From: Bugula neritina
Lineage: Eukaryota > Animalia > Bryozoa
DNA: 64,000 bases
Direction: 5' to 3'
NCBI GenBank assembly: GCA_964035545.1
Contig: OZ037773.1
Coordinates: 10,321,751-10,385,750, forward strand
Shown: in pieces, positions 29,101-43,200 of the stretch
How positions within the stretch are numbered: the stretch's first letter is position 1
Layout: every line of letters starts with the position of its first letter
The notes under the pieces: model-generated
What the model was told of the DNA's origin: nothing
Database searches by the model: none
What the model saw: the letters and a program-made list of their open reading frames with translations, nothing else
Translations under genes and position numbers: made by a program

Positions 29101-31117
29101 CAACAGAAAACAATTATTAGGTGTTCAACAGCAGACCTTCAGCTATTCAATAGCAAGTCCCAAGAGGTTCAAGAGGAATAATAAAATTGAAATAAAAATA
29201 GAAATGTTACCAACCTATTCATTGCTAAATATTATCTAAACACACTGAATGTTTCAATAATGTCTTGAGAAATCAGCATAATCACTGCTGAAACAATATC
29301 ATGACTTCTGAAATTTTGGTCAAATAAAAGTTTGTCAATTCTCAACATGTGTTGCATTTTGTTAAAACTCATGGGGTTAATATAAATAAAAACTATGATA
29401 TTTAGCTGCAAATACCTGCATCTAGAGAATGTTCTAGTCTTATTTCCTCTACATGAAGGTAGGACGGGGTGTGAAGAACTCCACTTTCTACTCTGACTGG
29501 CTGTGTTTCTGCCTCCACACAGGCTCCGACCCAAATCTCAATGTTGTGGAGTCCAGACTTCAGCTGGTTCTCACAGATTCCTTCAACTGGTAAAAGAAGA
29601 TTTTGTCTAAATAGAAGTACCTGGTTGACAAGATAGAATATATTCATATTATGATAATATGAGAAACAGCTCTGGTGAATGCTTATATATAGCTGCACCC
29701 AGTAATAGGGTGCTAGCGTAAAGCAGAGTGTTTCTATACATTATATTAAACATTTTCTCCTGACAAAAGGCAAATTAAACAAGTTTTAATTATCTCTTTA
29801 CCAAAATGAAGGTTTTTCTATTATATTAACAATTAATGAGCTATAACATACTTATAGAAGCTTTTGGGATGATATATAACAAAGCCAACAAATTAAAGTG
29901 TATATTCTTAAAAAATCGTTTATTGTAATTGTAATTGTTAATAAGAAACTTCCTGTCGTGAGCAGACCTGTTCGAGATCTTGCGTACTTTCCAAAGTAGA
30001 CAGTTGCACTAGCATCATATGGGATTATCACAACTTCAGATGACGGATTACACTCCACTCCATTGATTCGAATATGCCTGCAATAAAACCTTAGGGAAGA
30101 CAAATCTTAAACAGCTGCTGATTAGGCTAAGATACTATATAGTTACCACTTGGTGCTAAAACTATAAAATTCCAAAGGTATTTTACTAGTTCAGGTACAT
30201 TTAGATGCAATAGTTTATTGCACATTAGGTTACAGCTTACAGACATCAAAAATATCTGTTTAATGTACGTAACTTGAAGCTGTCTTATTGTCACTTTGAA
30301 ACTTTTAAAAATAAATAATGAAATGGTTTATAAAAACTAAAATGAAATTATCATACATAAGCTGTGAAATAAGGTAAGTGTGAATACAGGATGATTAGTC
30401 ACTGCTTACCAACGAGCGCATTTACGGTCAACAGAACTGGAACCGTCAATGGAGATGACCGAAATATACTTGATGTGGAGGTATGTGCTGTCAGCTAGTT
30501 TGGTGTACTCAACACTCTGTAAGAGATCAGTCAGCTACTTGTAGACCATCAGGGTCAAGGTTATTTGTCATTAAGCCTTGAACAGCAGTACGTAGTATTG
30601 TGTCTAACACACCCTTTGCACTGTGATTGGCTGCTAATTGCATGTTTATCATATATTGGGCTGACAAAACATACCAATATACAACATTTGGAAATGTTGT
30701 GAAAACTATTGTTATAAGATTTTAATCTAACACTTATAAAAATGTTTAAAAATGTTAATTGTAAAGTAAGGTATAAGAAGTAATTAATTTATAGAAGATT
30801 TTATGTCATGTCGCAATTTAGCTACCGGTATAACAAAAGTTATGCAGTTATTTAACAAGGCATTCAGATTGTGTATATAATAGCAACAAGACTTCAATTG
30901 AAGACTAAAAGCTTGGAGACAAATATATATATATATATAAATATATCTTTACGAGCTAGCAATTTGATTATAAATAGGTATACGAGAAACATTGTTATTT
31001 ATTACTTTATTAGGTAAAGTAATTACACTGATATTTCGGGTACTACTGTACCCATCTTCAGAGTAGCAATGAATGAAATTCAAAAATTATTATGTTACGT
31101 TAGACGTTATGCATGAC

Positions 31118-31163
<46 letters not shown>

Positions 31164-34100
31164 CAAAAAACTCACAAATTTACTAAAAGTAAGGCAATCT
31201 AGACATCAAATGTTTTAGGAGCTACAAACTGTCTATATGACTTGTACACATGGTGGAATAAATTTTATTCTTATTATTTCATTTTTATTCAAAAACAATA
31301 ACATAGCTTTTCTAAAGATTCTGTAAGCCATGTCAAGTAATTTATTTTAGAAACTATTTATTATTTAAAGTGCAAGTTTCAGTTAAATTCTGATAGTTCA
31401 TACGTTCATCCTTAGCAGTTCCGTTAAATTTCTGACAGTTTTATATATGCCCAAGAATATTTCGTTGTGTTGCATTGACATGTTGAAAATGGTTTCTCAT
31501 CAGAAAACCTAGATGTCTTAGTTGTGGAGTGTGCAAGAAAGTTTTAAAGAAAGTAGATATCTAAACAAAACCTTTTTCAACTCATGTCAGATTGTCTCAC
31601 CTTGATGGCTTCGCCACTTTGTATCAAATCCAACGTTCTGTTGAAATACTCCACCCAGGAGTAGAACTGGTAGTTGAAGGCATTCAGCTTTGGGCAGAAT
31701 TCTCTGGATTCAGAACCTGAAACACAGCAAATAACTTCAGCAAGTCATGGTACCATATGAACTATGCACTTTGACTATCAGACTCATAAACTGCTCACCA
31801 GTTGCCAACTGAGTGTCTACAGGATTCATCTCCATTATAAGAACGTTAGTTGCATAGTTCCATCCAGACTGGTGGATACTGGTTGGTCGGTTCTCACAGA
31901 AGTTTGCAATCAGCTTGATTTCGTGTTCACCTTTCGGCAGGTCATAGCATGTTCCATCAACTGCATATAAGAGTAAGTTATTTGTAAAGTACATATAATA
32001 TGTGCATGTTGTATATATGTGAATGTTTGTTATATTGTAAAAATTTCCTTACAAGCTTGCTCATGAGTTTAGAAAATAGTTTTGTAAGTGCAACAGTACC
32101 AACAAAACAAATGCAATATTAATAAATGAACTGATGTTAGCTATCCTTTGATAATTGATGCTAGAAATATGATAGCATGTATTCAATGCTACTAAAACAC
32201 AAAAATATTGACAGTTGGTGAGAAAATTTCCCCACATGTTACATGAAATATATGTATTCGCTGAAGCGGAAAGAATTTGAAGACGCTTTACGGTTCATTG
32301 ATCTGTAGAATATTCCATTTCCAGCTGGGTAGAACTCTGTGTGCAGTATCGGTGCGAGGTTCTCACATTCCGACCCGTTAAACATGAGAGACCACTGACT
32401 ACAACCTCCCAAGGATGAACCACCTCCGCAAACGTGAGCAACCATGTTTATGATAACTCTGAGACCGGAGTTGTCTGCCCTCTTAGGGTACGTCACAGTC
32501 TGTAAAACATGGCAGAGATGTTATTTATCTGGTGCATTTGATTATAAGTTTCAGGTGGAAAAATTGCCAAAGTGCATTGTTACAATATCTTATATAACAA
32601 TATACATATATACATATGTTAATTGCTTCTTTATATTGCTAGAACATCAAAATAGTTTCCCAACATATTGTACTATCTATAAACACCTTCAAATATATAC
32701 ATGTAAGTATACTTAAATGTAAAAATACTAAATTTAAACCATGAAGTTATAGCCCTGACATGCTCTGTGTAGCAATGATAATAAAATGCTAATTTTTGAG
32801 GTTAGCGTGGAACTGTTGAAAAGATAAAATATAATAGTAACAATTTTAGCATTAATTCTTTGCAATAATATTTTACTATTATTGGAATCATTATTATTAT
32901 CTCTATACATATCTATATTCTATTGGCTGCAATATACAGAGAGATAAAATCTCACACAGGTTTGTATTTATAATTATAGACTTCATTAAATTCTAGTAAC
33001 ATGATGTAGATTTTATTACCACAACATCAGCTGATCCTGTTTTTATTACGTCGTGAGTGCCACTCCAATAATACCTTATGTTATCTCGTTCTCTGGTCAT
33101 GTCACATTCTTCTCTCTGGTTAGCTGAAGCATATTATATTATATTGTGTTATGTTACACTATATTATATTATATTATATTATTGTGCTGCATTTTATTGT
33201 ATTATTTACTATTATATTATTTTATATTATATTATATTACATCATATTATATTACATTGCATTCTATTATATTGTGTAATATTACATTATATTCTATTAT
33301 GCTATGTCATATTATATTATATTTTATCATATGTGCATGTGGTAATCAGCGTATGATATAATGTAATGCATTTGTAGTAAACATTATGAAGTGTTATACT
33401 TTTAATTATTTAAGCAACAGCCAATAATTCAAATAAACTTTAACTAAACATTTTAGAATGCCAGTAGTTGAGTGCAGAATATGGAACACACCAATAACAT
33501 ATTATAAAGAAGTGAGGCTGCTCTTAGAATGTTTACATAGGAAGTGGAGAACAATTAATAACACAACATAAATAGAAAATAAAAAGCATAACAAATGGTA
33601 GCGTTACTATAATATGCAATAAATCTACTGACCTACACAGAATGCAGAGCTGGATGATTTGCTGTCATAGAAACAAAACTCGTCACTGAAACAGTTTTTG
33701 TTTTCGCATTCCGCATTCTACACAAATATAAAGCTCTGAATAATAACGCACAAGAATGAGTAGCAAAATTACGTTATTCTTTTCTAAATTATCTAAACTT
33801 TGGTAAGTTGAATCTACTATTCATACATTGCAAGTTATTGTAAATCAACAGATGATTGTGTAATATTGACAGTTACCTCTCCACTTAGCTGCAGGTGAAT
33901 CAAATCTCCAACAAAACTCTTTCTATTTGAGTCCTCCTCAGACATTATCGAAATATCTGATGTAAATTTGTAACACTCGCCTACAAATTGTTGATCAGTA
34001 TTAATGCTTTATTACTTCACTAATTGCTATGTGAAGGACAGTGCAACTAGTTGATAGTACACACTACAAATTACTATTAAAAAATAGTCCTGAATGCTAA

Positions 34101-34852
34101 CAGCAATTACTGCTATCTGTACTGGTAATATCAGTAAACAGCACTAAATACTAACTACATACTATTACTTCGAATGCATAGTTTTATTAATAACTATACT
34201 CCAAGCTGACCTGTATCGTGATTTCTCACAGTGCTGACACAACCAAAAGGGAATGATGTCATACACTCTGCTGCACAATCTAAAGAGCTTCTGGTTGATA
34301 TGGCATCAGTTGAGGAAGTAGTATTGTATGAGATAGATACATTACTATACATCCGGGTGTAGACACAATCAAAGTGATCTGGAAGCAGGCATAAAGGAGC
34401 CATAATACTCTAATACCAACATAATATATATAAGCACTTCAACAACAGCTGTTATAAGCAATTTGACACACCTGGCAAAAATGTGAGTAAAAGGCTTACA
34501 ATATTTACTTTAAAATTTAAAATTATTTTTCTGTAAATTTAAAAAAATATAATTTTAATGATTTAATAATATTGTACTATTATTATAGCAAACACCTGCA
34601 ACTCATATACAATGCAGGTAAAAGCAAAGATGCTTGTCCCAACAATGAGTTGAGGAAGATGTACAATATAACAACTATATGTATCATTGTATAATAATCT
34701 TAAAAATATTGCAATAACTCACAACTTATACACTTACGTATGAATGAAGTCGTAATTTTACCTGCTTTAGTAATTTTCAAGTCATTGGTAGGATAATTGA
34801 GGCCAGCTTCAAAGGTTAGAAAGACCAGCACATATCTGAGGGTAACCGTCAT
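23119..34852 (-). CDS. Paralog A: secreted PAN/Apple-like + Cys-rich + 3x CTHRC1-C-terminal-like protein, about 636 aa. Exons: 34852-34762, 34378-34211, 33980-33877, 33717-33633, 33123-33020, 32499-32292, 31960-31799, 31716-31601, 30516-30410, 30077-29968, 29586-29416, 29088-28887, 27646-27549, 23303-23119
   Basis: Fourteen GT-AG exons sum to 1911 nt with an open frame. N-terminus MTVTLRYVLVFLTFEAG, then SSLDCAAECMTSFPFGCVS..GECY. Three repeats of Y.K....LR....C..W...[ND]G.EC....V[DES]G.C..L..G...I....C......GW.....[ME]E match the CTHRC1 C-terminal pattern (FTK..SALRV..CCQRWYFTFNGAEC..VEGLCEGI..WVGTC..TGW..IIEEL). Confidence 0.85.
23669..27355 (+). mobile_element. 3.7-kb non-autonomous TIR DNA transposon, CMC/EnSpm-like (CAC termini, TA duplication), in the last intron of paralog A
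   Basis: Perfect 20-bp TIRs (cacagagagaaatattagtg 23669-23688 / cactaatatttctctctgtg 27336-27355) with TA on both sides. It interrupts a taggatatgtgacctatata repeat and has subterminal cattgaaca repeats near 27010-27170. No transposase ORF. The superfamily is inferred from the termini. Confidence 0.85.
27945..28875. repeat. (TAGAGTA)n 7-bp satellite
   Basis: About 0.9 kb array in an intron of paralog A. Confidence 0.95.
30943..31120 (-). mobile_element. Penelope-like element fragment (pLTR-type) embedded in (TA)n
   Basis: Short unique segment bounded on both sides by acaaa(TA)n and containing a minimal hammerhead motif, the known signature of Penelope-like LTRs. Confidence 0.5.
31026..31066 (-). 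ncRNA. Minimal type I hammerhead ribozyme
   Basis: Minus strand reads uacu-CUGAAGA-u-GGGUAC-agua-GUACCC-GAAA-ua-UC-agug. It has the CUGANGA and GAAA core boxes, a 6-bp helix II, a vestigial helix III, a UH cleavage site and a 4-bp helix I. Confidence 0.65.
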
Positions 34853-37265
34853 GTTACCGCAAACTATAAACATGTAACATGTTGTTTAGCACCTTTATAT
34901 ATAGGTTGACATAAATATCTAAACACTTAAACTAAAACTCTTCTATGCAAAGCAAATTAAGATCTGCTCCTATATATTATATTCCATAATAATATTCAAA
35001 AAGAGCAAATTATGCATACATTGAATTAATAACACAGCAACAATTGTTAGATTTACTATGACATCTTCTAGCCAGAAATTATCAATAAGACAATAAGGTA
35101 AGATGTATATTATACCTCTTTCTTCTTTTTTTAACTGCTTCCTCTCATCAATTGAACTGAAGAGTTAATGTCATTTGAATTAAATTTGGCAAAACACTTT
35201 GAAAGAGTAAATTATTAATGATGGGAATATTTAACTGTATATCTATTATACCACAACTATTTGCATAGGCTAACTTAAAGCCTTAATAATACTACATAAT
35301 ATACACTTGTACTCCTTATTCTTCAAGTCTTATTTGCTCTTAATTTTGAGTCTCTTTGACGTCAATTAAACACTGGATATCATTGAGAATTTGTTATCAA
35401 TATTTAATTGAGAAGGTTTAAAATTTGCCTGCATATTTTCAAACTTGTTTGCTGTTTGTTATTGATTTTTACAGACCCGTTGTGCTGCCTTAGACCCTGG
35501 CTATGTCTCCTCAGGAATTTCTGAGCTGTGCTCAAAGTAGCCATTTTGTAAGATGTTCGCAGTTTTCCGTGAAAAGAAAACTCAGAGTAATATATGATAA
35601 TTGTTAAGCACTTGAATATTAAAATATTCAGGCAATCAAAATATTTTAATTCCCACTGTATTATTTTTATAGTTATAATATAAAAATACAACATAATAAA
35701 ATTATAATATAGCATCAATTAATATGACATCTCAATGTTTAATATATTAATAATTATGTGTATATTTGTATTATGTATATATGTATTATATGTATAAACT
35801 CTGCTTTTGCAGTTAATAGCAAGTATAAGCAATTATTAAAAAAATTCTAATGAATTTATTTAAATTAAAATAATGTTACGCTGAATATTCAGATGTTTAG
35901 AGCTAGGATGGCTTTTGTTTAGGCTTATTATATGTTCTAATCATTACTTCTTTTAAAGGTCTTGCTTAATTCTTAAATTGATTTTTAGCTTTTATTTATG
36001 TTTGTACAATATATATTATAGCTTTGCTTACTGCTGGCTAATAATGTAAATTTTATATAAATATAATATTTCAAAAGAAATGTAAAATGTTGCTCAAATA
36101 TTTAAAGTTTAAAAATTAGAACACGGAATAAACAAACACATATGAAATATAAACTGTAGATTCTTTAGCTTCTAAGGAAGAAATCCAATTTATTTTATAG
36201 ATTAAAGTGATAAATTTACACACAATCTGCATGAGATCAATAGTTGAATGGAGGGAAGCTCAGCGTCTGTAATGTTAAGGAGAAACTGCATATAATACAC
36301 AACACATGATTGCTGCACAGTTCTATACTTCAATCTTACTGCAAACAACTAACAACAATATATATATATACAGAAAATATAACATACTGTAATATAATTT
36401 ATAATATAAGATAATATAATATAATGTAATATAATATATTATAATATATTATATTATAATATAATATAATATAATATAATATAGTCTAAAATAATATATT
36501 ATAGTATAATGTAACATAATATAACACAATATAATATAATGTGTACAGAAAACATGTTTTGAATCTTGAATTGTAGCTGCACTTATTGACTAATCAATAT
36601 GTTTTGGAGTTGATGCAGTTCTTACTTTTTTATAACTGATATAAATAATGCTCAATAGATATCATGGCATTTCACTACATGTAGCATAAAACATTTTAAT
36701 TGTGCAATTGAAGTATTGAATTATAACCTAAGAGATATTGTATTGACTTATACCTATAATAATGGAGGTTTGGAAATTTTGAACAAAGTTATTATTAAAA
36801 AATAATTTCTTGCCACTTTGTCTTTTAGTTTTATATAAATTTAACTTTCCGCTGTTATTGTAGAGTTGTATCCTTTATGTAGGAGATGGAGCCATGCTAT
36901 CAATGTTAGTATTGAATAGTTTTAACTATAACAATATAGTAGCAAGATGTTTGTTGTTTCGAAGAGAAGATTTAGTTTGTAAAATTTTATAGTTTACTAA
37001 AGGTTTACAACCAAGAGACAATTGCTACTTAAAACTGCTTATAAATAAAATGCTAATCTTGAGAAAATAATAATTTATAGCTAAGCAAATTACAAAAAAA
37101 TCACAAAAATATTTAACTTCACAATAGGAAAAAATAACAAACAAACAAAATAAGTAATGCATTTCTTCATTAAAAAGTTATGATATTATAAAACTGAAAC
37201 TTTTACGAATTACTTACAAGAATAAAATTAAAAGCTTTACTTTGGTGTTGACAACTAACATTGTC

Positions 37266-40200
37266 TTACACACCACAAAGACTTTCAGAGCAGTTTTTAA
37301 CTTCTGTTAGTCTAAGTTCCTCAACAAATATGGTGAATATTGTGGCCCATCCTGTTGCTGTATTACTATCAGGACAGCCTGGACACTGGGCTACAATGTA
37401 CTCAATGACCTTGTCACCTCTCTCAATACCTTGGCAGACTCCACCAACTGTAGGGCAGAAAAACCAGCAACTGGTAAATATGGAGTATTCTGTACAAGGT
37501 TGATGTGAAATTACTAGTACCATGTGAGCAGAAATAAATTACATGTGTGTTGTTAGGAATATAATCAAAATAAACTGCTATATAAATTGACAGCATCGTT
37601 TTTCTAAGAAATGTTTTATCTTTCTAGAAAAGTCACAAAACAGTTTTATAGCATTATATTGTACATGTCTTTTATCAATTTGATAAATGTACCAACTTTA
37701 ACATAATAGTATAGATAAGTACGTAATTATACAGTGAGTAGTGTATGCAGTGCCAGTTGAACTAATAGATATATGATTTTCCTAAATAATATGTTATAGC
37801 AGAGAAAAAACTCTTCTAGTTGTTGCCAAATCTATTATTCATGTGATACTAAACTGAAGGCTGTAGTCTTGCACAGTGTGTAACTTATAACATAGTTGAT
37901 TGATACTTTTATATTGTATCACAATTATAGAAGGATTTAAATAAATTTTAATTACTTCTTGGATGCATTTCATTGAACTATTTTACTACACACTATAGAG
38001 GAATCCTAACAACACTGAAGTTAGATTTTCTAACTAAAGAGCAGAAACTTACGACATCTACTATATAATATAATGCTTATAGTAATAAATTGTAATCAAA
38101 GTTTGTCAGTTTATAGTTTTTTGTTGAACAATTTAACCAAATTCCAGCCACAGTTTAGATCTGGAATAATTTTTCTCATCTGCTGTTTAACAAAATGCAA
38201 GTTTTAAAAGCTTTTGAAGTTAACAAACTCACCCAGCATTGCTCTGTGGTAAACCGTTTTGTGGTTAAATGCAATGATTCCTTCGATCTTCCCTGGGTTT
38301 GTGCATTCACTGCCATCTATTTGAAAGTACCTAAAATTACCGACAATTTGTCTTTATAATTGGCTTTAAACATGCATTAAATGTTCTGTAGTAGTTTTAC
38401 TATGCTTGCAACACTAAAAATATAACATAACTCAGAGATAAATATACTGAGATACATAAACTAGAATTAAGTTATACCATAAGACTATATTGTTATGTTG
38501 CATGCAATGAGCATTACGTTGCAGGGATTGGGACAGCTTCTTTTCAGCATAGCACAAAACATTGCCATGCAATACAATGCGTTACAATACAATACAATGC
38601 AATACAATACAATACAATACAATGCAATGCAATACAATATAGAACAAAACAATACAATACAATGCAATACAATGCAATACAATACAATACAATGCAATAC
38701 AATATAGAACAAAACAATACAATACAATGCAATACAATGCAATACAATACAATACAATGCAATACAATGCAATGCAATGCAATACAATACAATACAATAC
38801 AATACAATACAATGCAATACAATGCAATACAATGCAATGCAATACAATATAGAACAAAACAATACAATACAATGCAATACAATGCAATACAATACAATGC
38901 AATACAATACAATACAATACAATACAATACAATGCAATACAATGCAATGCAATACAATATAGAACAAAACACAAGACAAGAACTTACAATTCAATGAAAT
39001 ACAAATACAATAATATAATATATAAGATACAACACAATAAAATACAATACAATAAAGTGCAATACAATTCAATTCAAAATAAATAAATAATTTTTATGCA
39101 GAGTTGTTTTCATAAATTTGTATTTTATAAATCAAAACTACTGCATGTATATATAATATTTTATTCTTCAGTACAAAGTTACCTGAAAAGAAAATGAGTT
39201 TTGAATCAAATAATTTTAATACTTCAGCTTAATTTTAATGAGCTTTAAAGTTTGTATAGTAGCTGATCAAGTTAACAATTCTATTCATATAAGTCCTTTA
39301 TATATAATATAGTTGGGCTTTAGTAGTAGAGAGAGAGAGAGACATTAGTACAATATGTCTGTCTCTGTAACACTGTAACACTTGTATCTAACTGTAATAA
39401 CCTTACCATTTGGTGTAACCACTAGCAACTTCTGTCTTGTGGTCTCCACTGGCACTTAGTCTGAGTCCAGTCTCTGCATACAGTTTGTGATAGTTGAAAG
39501 ACCATGTAACTCCGTTGTCTACAGCTTGAACTGCGTTCCAGGCAGATTCTCTTACCAGATTGATGATTTCAGTTCTGAACATTTCAGTTGTAGTTATAAC
39601 TGAAAGAAAGTTTCAACAGGTATGTTGAGTTGTAAAAGACGGCAAACCAAACATATAAAAGTTACACAATTGCACTCATGAACACACACCTGCACACCCG
39701 CACACACACACGCACACACATACACATTAGTATATTCTTCAAACAGCTGAAGGTCACAACTGCTGATTGCTGAAGAAATAGTATAGTAATTGCTATAGCA
39801 ATAAAAGAATAATAGTGAATGCAGTAACAATCTAGATAGTATATAACAGATAATGTTCCAGGTAATCTGCTATAGGTAATATATAGCAGGTGGCCCACCA
39901 GGTAGCTGCACGCAGTGATACAGTAAAACTACTCACCTGTACTGAGAGGTGTAGCCAGTCTCACTTCTTCTACGTGAAGAGTCGAAGGAATATCTTGACT
40001 TCCAAACAAAATCTTTGTGGGCTGATCAGAGACAGAAAGACACCTTGCCAGATGTAGGGCTATGACATAGTTTCCTGCTTCTAGATTATTCTCACACATT
40101 CCTTCAACTTGAAGACATGTTTACTTTCGGTTAGACACCAAAATATAATTGTTTCTCGCAATGCAATCTGTTTTTTATGCACCAATAAATCAAATAATTG

Positions 40201-43200
40201 TATATATAAATTTTTCTTTTCATTATTTTCACATTAGTTTACAGTGTGATAGTTGTGTCTGTAATTAATATGATATGATAGCTTTTGGTGTGATATGACG
40301 TAAGATATCACATATCATGATATGATACGATATGATAAGGGTGACCCACTTCACAACTCTATCTATGAGAATTCAGAGATACTAATATGTAACCTAAGAG
40401 TCTCCCAACAGGTCCAACATGAAACATTGTAACTCATATTACCTGTACTAGTCTGTACGAATCCATTCAGATAACCATAGGTGTTACTGTCTCCTAATGA
40501 AAACACGAGGGTGTCCAGGTTGGGTGTGCATTCAACATCATTTAGTTTGATAAACCTATACACATAATATTCACTCTTATAGATTTGATATATAACAATT
40601 TACACATATTGTATCTTCTTATGGTTGACGTGCCTACACAAGTTTGCGCAATTTCTGTGTTAATTAAAATTTCATTGTAAGTTTGAAAAATCAGGATAAA
40701 ATTTAATTTCTTTCAACTTAATTACAATTTTTAATAAAATTTCAAGAGTTATTTTAGAAAAGCCATCACACAAGTTTCTAGACTAAGTGAGTGAAAGCTT
40801 ACCATTTAGCACACTGATTTCTTCCTGGGACCGGACTCTCCACCCCGATAGCAATGCTGAGCTTTATATACAAGCTTGTCTCATTGGACAGTTTCTTGTA
40901 GTTTAATGTCTACAACAATATGTGTAGCTGTTAAGGGGCAGAAAGTTAATGTATAAAGTTTGTTAAAGTTGCTTCACTAACTGAAAATACTGTAATGTGT
41001 AAATTCATAATATCTCAATATTAATTTAGTATCTGCAAAAGATATTTAGAATGTAGATAAAAAAATGCAGAAATCTATATATGACATTCAGGGCGGGAAA
41101 TTGTGTGCATTGTAATATATAAATGTAAATTGCAAAACCTTCGGTGGAATTACATAGTCTGACTCAAGATCAAACTCTGCAAATCCTTCTTCAATCCACG
41201 AATAGAACCTGTAGTTGAACCTGTTTAGACGAGGACATAACTCCAAGATGTCTTGCTCTAAAATACACTCCTTAACTTAAGAAGATACCACGTTCTAGTA
41301 GCTTATTAATCTATAACCGTATAACATTTGCTTGCAGTTGGAAAAACAAGAGCTCCATTGTTTAAAATAATTATTGCTAAACATGTATACTGGTCCACTG
41401 TTGGTTGCTGAAATAATATTATTCAGCAAGTTTTAGTTTTTACTGTTTTGAAATATATTTACTTAGCATTATAGTAAATTGAAAAATTAACTTAAGCCAG
41501 TCTTTATGTTAATATGTAACAATAAATATCAAATGAGGTATAATTTGCTTTTAATAAAAGTTTCTCTAATTGTGAGAAAACCAAGTCCATAAGCCAAACA
41601 CTCTTTTTATCTAAAATATTCAGTAGCTCATTGTAGAGACACCTCATACCTTCAGAGACTGGATCATTCACTGGCAGAATCTCCATAACCATAACGTTTG
41701 TGGCAACTTTATACCCAGACGTGCTATAAACTGTGTCCACCATTTTTTCACATGATTTCACTTTAAGCTGAATGTTTACGTCTCCATCTTTTAAACCATA
41801 ACAGGTGCCATCAACTTGAAACAAGGAACACATAAGTAGAATGCTGACTCTAAAGGACACTGGGGGGGGGGGGGGGGAGGTCATACAATGAAATAATAGA
41901 AGTTAGACAGTCAGTAATTAATATATAAGTAAATTTTATGCAAATACTTACAACTTGATAAAATAGAAATCTTATATAAGTTTAATTGTGTGTAAGGTTG
42001 TATTCCTGAGTAACATATAATAATCAATAAACTGTTAGCATAGGCATCAATGTAATAATCATATACATCAATGTACTACTAGCATGGACATGAATATACT
42101 GATAGCGTAGACATCAATGCATTGATAGCATAAACATCAATGCACTGATAGCATAAACATCAATGTACTAGTAGCATAGACATCAATGCATTGTAATCTT
42201 ACTGTTGATAGGTCTGTAATAGTTTCCTGCATGTGCCTTGTAGTCCATGAAAGCAGAAATAGAACCAGGATCCCTACACTCCTCCTCGTCAAACAGGACA
42301 AACCAATGACTGCATCCTCCTTGAGTACCTGAACTACCAACCATCAGGTTGATGTTTACTCTGAGGGCCGAAGCGGTGACCTTCTTAGGGTAAGACAACT
42401 CCTACAACCCAACCTTGGATAAAGAGTAGAATATTTTTAGGATTGATTAGGAAATGAAATTGCAAAGATGGACTATTTATTTATTTTTCAAAAGTTTTCA
42501 ACTACATATAGCTTGCACATGAGTGAAATAAATGTATTTTAAGTTAATTTTAATTTAATATTAAATGTGCATTTAGGAAATTTAAACTAAAATTATACTT
42601 TTAAAATTTTATAAATTTTTAGGTAGAATCAATTATCAATTTTATTTTGTAAATTTGCAATAAACTTTTATTCTCAGCAATTATATTTATACTTTTAGTT
42701 TAATAATTTTAAGATGTATTCAACTTGTTTATTTTTTATTTTATTCTAAAATATTTAAAATAGAATAAAATAAAATAAAAAATTATTTTATTACATGAAG
42801 CATTTACTTTTTCTTTAAACAGCAAGCTATTCGCATCAATTGTAAGTTTCCATATGAAGTTTGTATAAATACTACTATAATATTGGCTTCTCAAAGCATG
42901 TACTATATGAAGGAGTTTTAGTTCCCACAACTAAACACGTATTTTTAATTATAATAATACTATTTTTGTGAATGTGCTGCAAGATTGAATACTATTACTG
43001 TAAGTTTACCAGGACAGTTGTAGGAGATGTAGTGTTCACTTCAAGGTCAATCCTGAAGTATCTTATATTACTGTATTCCATCATATGCGGGCAATAGTTT
43101 CGGTGATCAGCTATAAGACAACAGTCAGGATTTGCATCTAATTGGTACAAGTTTTTAGAGGTTTGTTTTTTATTTACAAAAGCAGTTTGACAATAACTAG

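Noticed and set aside
38485-39072. Cys-rich and QYN-rich ORFs
   Set aside because: Pentanucleotide satellite within an intron of paralog B.
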